From an uncultured archaeon (GTDB lineage: Archaea; Asgardarchaeota; Hermodarchaeia; Hermodarchaeales; Hermodarchaeaceae): a DNA stretch of 64,000 bases. Position 1 is the first letter of the stretch, and every line of letters starts with the position of its first letter. Positions 56,999 through 64,000 of the stretch are shown one piece after another. The DNA is taken from the NCBI GenBank assembly GCA_964347045.1, contig CAYFXC010000003.1, forward strand, positions 70,701 to 134,700, given 5' to 3'. The notes below the pieces were generated by a model. The model did not search any database. It saw only the letters and a program-made list of their open reading frames with translations, and was not told the DNA's origin. A program made the position numbers and the translations under genes.

Positions 56999-58435
56999 CT
57001 AGGCTTTTCCTCCGAACGTCACATCTCGAATGAGGAGTTTCGGTCCTCCAAGACCCGTAGGTAATGGGCGTTGCCCGCTCTTTCCGCAACCTCCAAAATA
57101 TGTCCCCCACAAATTAATATCTCGTGTAGCTCCCTCTACACGTTGAAGTAATTGTAGAATATTCCCTGAAAGTGATACCTCTCGGATTGGATGTTGGATT
57201 TTACCATTTTCTACCCAATATCCTCTATTTGCTTTGAAAAGGAAACTGCCATCTCCTTCCACTTGTCCACCCATCGTTTGTATTGCATAGATACCGGTTC
57301 CCAATTGCTCAAGTGCTTCCTCTTCTGTAAGATCGCCAGGTGTGAAGAACGTGTTTGTCATACGTGGGATAGGCATGAACCCAAAGTGAACCGCACGACA
57401 ATTTCCAGTAGGTTTTTGTTCTAATTTCTGTGCAGTCCCTCTGCTATGAAGAAAATGCTTGAGAACGCCTTTTTCAAGAATTGTTGTCATATCGGCTGGA
57501 GTGCCTTGATCATCAAAGGGAAGCCAAAGCCCTCCTATTTTATTAATATCAGGAATTCCCCCATCAATAATAGTGGCATGTTTAGTTCCAAGTCTTTTTC
57601 CAATTTTTCCTGCTAATGGCGAGACTCCGATTGTAACGAAATCACCTTCGCTGAGGTGGCCAAAACTTTCATGAGCTAGCACGCCGGTTAAGGCATTATC
57701 AATAAGTGTTGAAAATTTTCCCGCGGGGCATGCCTTTGCTTTGAGTTGCTCTGAAGCAAGTTCGCCTGCTGTTTTCCCAATCTCTTCTGGTGTAGTCTCT
57801 TTTTGAGTATAAACTTCTAGACCAAAACTTCCTGCTTTTCGCTCCGATGCAAATACGAGTTCGCCAGAACTGGTTTTTGATATAACACGACAGGTTAAAT
57901 CGATTACAAGAAATTCCCAATCGATATTTGTTTCTTCACTATTGGTAAAGATTTTTTGACCATATAATTCGCCATAGGCTCCTGTAATATTTTCAATATT
58001 TTTTCCGTGATCAGAAGCGTTCTCCACCATTCGGTTGATGAGGTTCATTTTAAATTCTTGGGATTCTGTTTTTGGGTGGATTTTCACAGAGCGTGTATCT
58101 GTCGGTTTACTTTTCACCCTTGATCTTCTTTCAAAATTTAGCTTTAGAGACGCTGCTGTTGAAGCGGCTTTTGCCATTTTAAAGGCACGATTAACTGTTT
58201 CTTCAATATCATTAACAACTTCACTAGCTGTAAAGGAATAACCCGCTGTTCCACCAAAATAACAAGTAACTCCAATCCCTGTACGGAATTTTGAAAGGAT
58301 ATCCTTCCAGGTGTCATCTTTTTTTGTCTTGATTCGCCTTAATGTATGGAGGGTAAAATCATCAAAACGGGCTTCAACAAAATCTGCTCCAAGTCTCTCG
58401 CCCAATGAGACTGCATCTTGAAGTTTATCTAGCAT
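56999..58435 (-). CDS. tldD: TldD metalloprotease
   Basis: GVLAHESFGHLSEGD, FDDQG, PRMTNT, GCGKSGQ. Confidence 0.92.
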   Translation of the reverse strand: MLDKLQDAVSLGERLGADFVEARFDDFTLHTLRRIKTKKDDTWKDILSKFRTGIGVTCYFGGTAGYSFTASEVVNDIEETVNRAFKMAKAASTAASLKLNFERRSRVKSKPTDTRSVKIHPKTESQEFKMNLINRMVENASDHGKNIENITGAYGELYGQKIFTNSEETNIDWEFLVIDLTCRVISKTSSGELVFASERKAGSFGLEVYTQKETTPEEIGKTAGELASEQLKAKACPAGKFSTLIDNALTGVLAHESFGHLSEGDFVTIGVSPLAGKIGKRLGTKHATIIDGGIPDINKIGGLWLPFDDQGTPADMTTILEKGVLKHFLHSRGTAQKLEQKPTGNCRAVHFGFMPIPRMTNTFFTPGDLTEEEALEQLGTGIYAIQTMGGQVEGDGSFLFKANRGYWVENGKIQHPIREVSLSGNILQLLQRVEGATRDINLWGTYFGGCGKSGQRPLPTGLGGPKLLIRDVTFGGKA

Positions 58436-58548
58436 ACATTTTCAACCTCAACATCTAATATTAGCTCAGGAGTAGCAGATTTATACTATATAAGCCGTCC
58501 TCAGCAACCGAGTTTAGATTTCTTTCAAAAACGTAGAGGTGACTGTGT

Positions 58549-59490
58549 TTGGAATTTGGTGTACAAATAGAGCCGCAGTTTGGATATTCCTTTGATGACA
58601 TTATTTCAGTAGCTGATGTTGCATTGAAAAATGGTTTTTCGACAATTTGGTTTTCTGATCATTTCATGCTTGACAAGGATTCAGTCGATCGGGTATTACT
58701 TGATCCTTGGTTAATAATGACTGCACTTACTCAACACAACGCGAAGGTGCGAGTTGGCAGCATGGTATTCTGTCAAAGTTACAGGAATCCTGCGCTTACA
58801 GCAAAAATGGCTGCATCTCTTGATGTTTTATCAAATGGACGCTTGGATTTTGGAATTGGGGCTGGTTGGAAAGAAATCGAATACCATGCTTATGGTTATC
58901 CTTTTCCTTCTGCCAAAACACGGATTAAACAACTTGAAGATGCTGTTCAGATTATCCGTGGTATATGGCAGAATGAACGGTTTACTTTCAGGGGGAACTA
59001 TTATCAAGTTGAAGACATTATTTCGGTTCCTAAACCAATTCAAAACCCAATGCCTATCTGGATTGGAGCCCAACAGGGTAAAGAAATGATGCTTCGGGTA
59101 ACCGCTAAATATGGAGATGGAATTAACATCGCATGGATGACCACACCAGATGATTTAGATCAACGCTTCCAACTATTAACAAAATTTACGAAAAAATATG
59201 GTCGTGAAAGTAGTAATATCATGAAATCAGTTGGATTATGGACTAGGCACTTTGATTCCCTAGACGCAATGGAAGCTGCCCTCATTGAGAGTGCGAAATC
59301 AAGAAATGTTCCTCTCAAAGATTATCGAACGCGAGTTTCTCAAGCTTTATGGGGGACACCAGATCATATGATTACACGTCTTCGCGAATTTGAACAAATC
59401 GGGGTCTCTCATGTTGTTCTCATGTTTCCTCATGGGGAAGAAATCAACCATATCAAATCTTTAGGAAAATCCGTTCTTCCAAAGTTGTAA
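58549..59490 (+). CDS. Luciferase-like (LLM), probably F420-dependent oxidoreductase
   Basis: WFSDHF, YRNPAL.AKMAASLDVLS.GR..FGIGAGW...E, PKPIQ. Confidence 0.9.
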   Translation: MEFGVQIEPQFGYSFDDIISVADVALKNGFSTIWFSDHFMLDKDSVDRVLLDPWLIMTALTQHNAKVRVGSMVFCQSYRNPALTAKMAASLDVLSNGRLDFGIGAGWKEIEYHAYGYPFPSAKTRIKQLEDAVQIIRGIWQNERFTFRGNYYQVEDIISVPKPIQNPMPIWIGAQQGKEMMLRVTAKYGDGINIAWMTTPDDLDQRFQLLTKFTKKYGRESSNIMKSVGLWTRHFDSLDAMEAALIESAKSRNVPLKDYRTRVSQALWGTPDHMITRLREFEQIGVSHVVLMFPHGEEINHIKSLGKSVLPKL

Positions 59491-59668
59491 CAAAGATTTT
59501 GTATGTTCACGTTATCATTGCATGATTCTCCGCTCGCGCAATCTGATCAATTACTATTCATTCTGCAGATACCGGAAACTTCTAATGAAGAATCTTGTAC
59601 ATGCCACTCACTTAACACTCGAAACAGTAATGTCGATTCCATTCCCGGCATAAATCCGTTCCTGCTGG

Positions 59669-60418
59669 TTGGCCACGGTGTCAAGATTGACTCATAAATC
59701 CATCGTAGTCAAATGTGATAATGTTTTCAAGACGTATGAGGATGGAGAACTTAGAGTCGAAGTACTAAAAGGCCTCGATTTTTCTGTAAACACAGGTGAA
59801 TTTGTCGCTATCGTAGGGGCTAGTGGAAGTGGAAAAACAACACTCATAAATCTTATCGCACTTTTAGACTCAGCCACAGCGGGTGAAATTAGCATTGATG
59901 GGCAATCCGTAAATGGTTTGGACGATAAAGCCCTATCATACCTTCGTCGTGATAAAATTGGGATAGTATTTCAGGGTTTCTACCTTTTGGAAATTATGAA
60001 CGCGCGAGAAAACGTTGAAGTTCCAATGGTATTTGCAGACATATCTAAGGAGGAACGTATTACCCGGGCACTCGATCTTCTTGATTTAGTAGGAATGCGA
60101 GATTTTGCGGAACAATATCCGACTGAGATGTCAGGTGGGCAAATGCAACGAATAGCATTTGCAAGGGCCATAGCAAATGACCCCGTTTTGCTACTTGCTG
60201 ACGAACCGACAGGTAACTTAGATACTGCAACGGGAATTGAAATCATCCGATTGTTTCAGGAATTAGCTCATAATTATCGAAAAGCTGTTGTGGTAGCCAC
60301 TCATGATCCTGAGGTTGCCAGCTCAGCCGATAGAATTCTAGTACTCCGTCATGGAAGACTCCACACAGATACATCTATGTATGGACGTGATAGCGATTCC
60401 GAGGAGGAGCAGTCGTGA
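59669..60418 (+). CDS. ABC transporter ATP-binding protein (LolD/MacB type)
   Basis: GASGSGKTT, MSGGQMQR, LADEPTGNLD, ATHD. Confidence 0.95.
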   Translation: MATVSRLTHKSIVVKCDNVFKTYEDGELRVEVLKGLDFSVNTGEFVAIVGASGSGKTTLINLIALLDSATAGEISIDGQSVNGLDDKALSYLRRDKIGIVFQGFYLLEIMNARENVEVPMVFADISKEERITRALDLLDLVGMRDFAEQYPTEMSGGQMQRIAFARAIANDPVLLLADEPTGNLDTATGIEIIRLFQELAHNYRKAVVVATHDPEVASSADRILVLRHGRLHTDTSMYGRDSDSEEEQS

Positions 60419-63324
60419 GCAAAGATCCTACTCCTCCTATAATTGCACCAAAGGCTCATGGGAGCCGCCTATATGTAGCCAATTATGTTGGAACCAGCCT
60501 TCGTAAAAACAAAACCCGTTTCTTCAGTTTGCTCATCGGTATAATGATTGGAGTTGCATTAGTTGCTTCTGTTTTTGTATGGACTGATACCGACTCTCAG
60601 GTTGCAGCGGTTGACTACTTTGAATCCAATCTTTACCAATACTATGTTCAACAAGTATACGAATCTCCCGTTGATACCCAGCTCATCTTTGATGTAAAAA
60701 ATTGGTTTTCTGGACAAATAGAGTATCAGGCATCAGATATCATATATCATTCAGTGGGGTTCCTCAACGGAACCAATTGGAATTCATCAACTACCTATCT
60801 CCCATATCCATATTCTCAGGGGATAAAAGACTTTCAAACCTTCTTTGTTGATAACCCTTTTCTTGAGAGGGTCGCGCCCCAGTTCGAATTTAATGGGGCT
60901 TTCGAATTATCTACTGGTGAGTGTCTAATAAGCACAAAAGTAATTGAAGACGCTGAAGCACTTTTCAATCAAACAATTTCTATTGGTAGCTATATTAATC
61001 TCAATATAGCTTCGGTTTATAATGAACCAACTACACTTGGTGATTTACAACTTTTTAACAGTTTTAATCTCCTTGTAGTAGGTATCTACAACATCACCTA
61101 TAGTGACACAATTCTGTACTCGTCTGCCAGAGCGGCTATTCGGTCGAATTTTCCGGGATCACCTCAAACCAATGTTTTTGGTTGGAATGATAGCGTTATT
61201 ATGCACTATAACCAACTAGATTCGATTCAGCGAGATACACTTACAGCAAATTCCCTTTTTCCGAAACTTCTTGTTCAGCTAAATCCAATAGAAGTTTCCG
61301 CCGCTGGATTAGAGGATGTCTCAACTGTTATTCTTGAATTAAAATCTAATTTAGAATTTCAGTTTGCACAAAGAATTATCGTAGAAGGAGAGCACCAAGT
61401 TTTACTCCTTGAACAATATATTGCAGCCAGTCAGTCTCGGCGAACAATGGCTGTCATTACTTTACCGATTATCCTGCTCTCGGTAATTCTGACAATTTTT
61501 GCCACCAACATATTTCTTAGCGGACGACGATCTGAAGTTGCGATTCTACGAGCCAGAGGGGCTAGTTTCCGTCAACTCTATGCTGCTTTCATTTTAGAAT
61601 TCCTGATTGTTGCAATAACTGCGCTCTGTTTGGGAATGGTTCTCAGCATTTTCATAGGTTCCTTAATTCCCGCTTCGGTTGGTTTCCTACAATTTAATCC
61701 CATCATATTCTATCAATTTCTTTCTAATGCCAGACTTGAACCACTGATATGGGTAATTGCCTTTATTGCGTGTCTTCTACCTTCATTGATTTTTACAATG
61801 GTGTATGTACGCAACTTTCTACGAACTGAAATATACAAGGCTATAGTGGGCACTGCTCCACGTGCAGAAGCGGATCCTAGTATCACGATAATCTATGCCA
61901 TTGCCGTTTTTTCATTACTCGGGTTTCTCATTGTCGCGGTTCTACTACTTCCCGTTACTCCATTAATTGCCGTTTTCCTTTTTGGTTATGCTGTTGCAGT
62001 ATGGGCGCTTTTCAGTGATGTCGGTTCTCGTATAGTTCGTCAAATCATTGCAGGATTAACGCGTGGTTTTCAACCAATGTTTGGAGAGAAAGCCTTTATT
62101 TTTGAAAAAAGTATGCGAACTCGGCGAGAACGAATTGTACCACTCCTCCTGATACTGACTTTAACATTCTCCATTACTGTCTTTGCTGTAGTTGAAGCGC
62201 AAACAGTTCAAGATAACGTCTTCACACAAGTTGGCTATTTCATGGGTGCTGATTTACGGGTTGAAAGTAATTCAATTCATCACAATTATACGAATGAAAT
62301 CTTATCTATTCCTGGGGTTGTATCTGCTACTGCACTAATTTCCACAACAAGCACAATTGGCCCCATTTCTCTAACGATTATCGGAGTCGATGTGGATTCC
62401 TATACTAATACCGGCAATTGGGATCTTTCAAGTATGATAGGGGAAGATCCCATCGCAACCCTCCAAAAACTTCGTAACAACTCAAATGGAATTATCCTAC
62501 CTCGAACGGTTGCAGAACGACTTCGAAGAGTTGTGGGTAACAGACTAGTTATTTCCGTTCATCAACAGGGAGGTGGAATAATGGGAGATGTTTCATTCCT
62601 CATTGTAGGGTTGGGTCGTAGTGCTCCTGGGTTGGGTTATTTTGATCCGGATGACCCCATCCGACCACCAGATCCCACTGATGGTTTTCATTTTCAAGCT
62701 CCACAAGTCTTTGCCCTAGTTAACAGGAATCTCCTAATTAATCAGAATATGACGAACACACGACTTATGTTAGCTAGGCTTTCTGAAAATGCTGATATCA
62801 TAGAAATTCAGCATCAAATAAACAACCTTAATTTCTCATCAGCGATTTATTCGCCAAAAACCTATTCGATAGAGGAAGCCTATCCTGAAGGCTATCTTTT
62901 CAATAGGGGCGTAGTAAGTCTTCTATCAATTGGATTCATAGCCTGTGTGATTATTAGTATGATCGCGCTTATTCTTTTTGTGGGAATAATCGTCACGGAA
63001 CGTACAACTGAGTATGCAATCATGCGGGCTGTTGGCAGCACTCAGCGACAAATAAGTGCTATCGTTATTGGTGAATTTGTTGGGCTAATAGTCACCTCCT
63101 TTCTTGTGGCATTATTACTTGGCTTTTTCTTCTCTTGGCTTCTAATGATCATCTTACTCCGTCTCTTTCCCTTTCCCTACGTAATTCCCTTCCAACTTGG
63201 AGTTCCTCTGCTGTTACTGCTTGCAGTGCTAGCAATCGTAGTTATTGGAATAAGCATTGGAACCTATATTCCCGCCCGTCGAGCGGGGCGAACTAATGTT
63301 GGTAAAGCTCTTCGAAATCTCTAA
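60415..63324 (+). CDS. FtsX-like ABC permease (duplicated)
   Basis: Two FtsX modules (RRSEVAILRARGAS; ERTTEYAIMRAVGS) and large extracellular domains. Confidence 0.9.
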   Translation: MSKDPTPPIIAPKAHGSRLYVANYVGTSLRKNKTRFFSLLIGIMIGVALVASVFVWTDTDSQVAAVDYFESNLYQYYVQQVYESPVDTQLIFDVKNWFSGQIEYQASDIIYHSVGFLNGTNWNSSTTYLPYPYSQGIKDFQTFFVDNPFLERVAPQFEFNGAFELSTGECLISTKVIEDAEALFNQTISIGSYINLNIASVYNEPTTLGDLQLFNSFNLLVVGIYNITYSDTILYSSARAAIRSNFPGSPQTNVFGWNDSVIMHYNQLDSIQRDTLTANSLFPKLLVQLNPIEVSAAGLEDVSTVILELKSNLEFQFAQRIIVEGEHQVLLLEQYIAASQSRRTMAVITLPIILLSVILTIFATNIFLSGRRSEVAILRARGASFRQLYAAFILEFLIVAITALCLGMVLSIFIGSLIPASVGFLQFNPIIFYQFLSNARLEPLIWVIAFIACLLPSLIFTMVYVRNFLRTEIYKAIVGTAPRAEADPSITIIYAIAVFSLLGFLIVAVLLLPVTPLIAVFLFGYAVAVWALFSDVGSRIVRQIIAGLTRGFQPMFGEKAFIFEKSMRTRRERIVPLLLILTLTFSITVFAVVEAQTVQDNVFTQVGYFMGADLRVESNSIHHNYTNEILSIPGVVSATALISTTSTIGPISLTIIGVDVDSYTNTGNWDLSSMIGEDPIATLQKLRNNSNGIILPRTVAERLRRVVGNRLVISVHQQGGGIMGDVSFLIVGLGRSAPGLGYFDPDDPIRPPDPTDGFHFQAPQVFALVNRNLLINQNMTNTRLMLARLSENADIIEIQHQINNLNFSSAIYSPKTYSIEEAYPEGYLFNRGVVSLLSIGFIACVIISMIALILFVGIIVTERTTEYAIMRAVGSTQRQISAIVIGEFVGLIVTSFLVALLLGFFFSWLLMIILLRLFPFPYVIPFQLGVPLLLLLAVLAIVVIGISIGTYIPARRAGRTNVGKALRNL

Positions 63325-63345
63325 ACAGACAGGTGAAAAAAAATC

Positions 63346-64000
63346 ATGGCTACACGCAATAACCTCATCAGCGGTTTGGTCAAAGAAGAAGAATTCGCTG
63401 AGGTTCCAGAAAATCTAGTCTTGATGGCTAATGACGTCTATAAGATCTATCAAACTGGCGAATTTGAAACAGTCGCTTTACGTGGTGTATCTTTCCAAAT
63501 TTTTCAAGGTGAAATTGTGGCAGTTGTTGGGCCTTCAGGGAGTGGAAAAACTACACTCGTTAATCTTCTAGGTGGGACACTTCGTCCCAGTGCAGGTCAA
63601 GTTTATTGGTCAAATATCAAACAGGATATCGCTAAACTCGATCAACGAATTATAACCAATGCCCGTCGAGGGTTTATTGGCTTCGTTTTTCAAGTTGATA
63701 ATCTACTTCACCACTTGTCAGCTAGACAAAATGTGGAACTTAGTGCCCGTATCGCAGGACTTCCCAAAACTTGGAGGCAAGAACGCTCAACAGAACTTTT
63801 AGAAGCTGTGGGATTAAAAAATCGAATGAATCATGTTCCGGCAAAACTATCCGGAGGGGAACGTCAGCGTGTAGCTATCGCCAGTGCTCTTATGAATAAT
63901 CCCGCTCTTGTTCTCGCTGATGAACCGACTGGTGATCTTGACCTCATCAACGCTGAAGAAATTCTTGATCTCTTTAAAAAACTCAATGAACAGTATGGAA
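63346..64000 (+). CDS. Second ABC ATP-binding protein (3'-partial)
   Basis: ATG at 63346; GPSGSGKTT, LSGGERQR, LADEPTGDLD; runs off the window. Confidence 0.92.
   Translation, partial: MATRNNLISGLVKEEEFAEVPENLVLMANDVYKIYQTGEFETVALRGVSFQIFQGEIVAVVGPSGSGKTTLVNLLGGTLRPSAGQVYWSNIKQDIAKLDQRIITNARRGFIGFVFQVDNLLHHLSARQNVELSARIAGLPKTWRQERSTELLEAVGLKNRMNHVPAKLSGGERQRVAIASALMNNPALVLADEPTGDLDLINAEEILDLFKKLNEQYG

Noticed and set aside
59503-59697. 64-aa ORF upstream of the ABC ATPase
   Set aside because: No recognisable features; probably intergenic.

Overview
Archaeal chromosomal window, shown by TBP, Cdc48/VAT, Rpo5, type II Map, archaeal GlyA and a family-4 UDG with a PIP box. A two-domain RPB5-like Rpo5, a tubulin-like GTPase and several coiled-coil proteins fit an Asgard archaeon best, but that is inference. 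Most of the window is housekeeping: proteases and peptidases, transporters, TldDE and an ABC/FtsX system. Three things stand out. (1) A putative operon at 48.6-53.8 kb encodes a ~900-aa helical protein, a divergent tubulin-superfamily GTPase with tubulin-type motifs and an H11-H12-like C-terminus, and a helical partner. (2) A group-4 [NiFe]-hydrogenase gene cluster is split by an accessory region (13.4-24.4 kb). This region holds an HTH-LAGLIDADG-like gene abutting the large-subunit 3' end, a decayed second copy of that 3' end 5.7 kb away, three copies of a promoter-region motif, and two mirror-image tracts of extreme A/C versus G/T strand skew. (3) A 154-aa protein has a BRK1/CCDC53-like coiled coil, a Pro-rich linker and an Ena/VASP-like actin-binding helix. 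There is also a candidate four-hairpin small RNA at ~32.8 kb. No rRNA, tRNA, CRISPR array or transposase was recognised. All family assignments are by-eye motif recognition; no searches were run.
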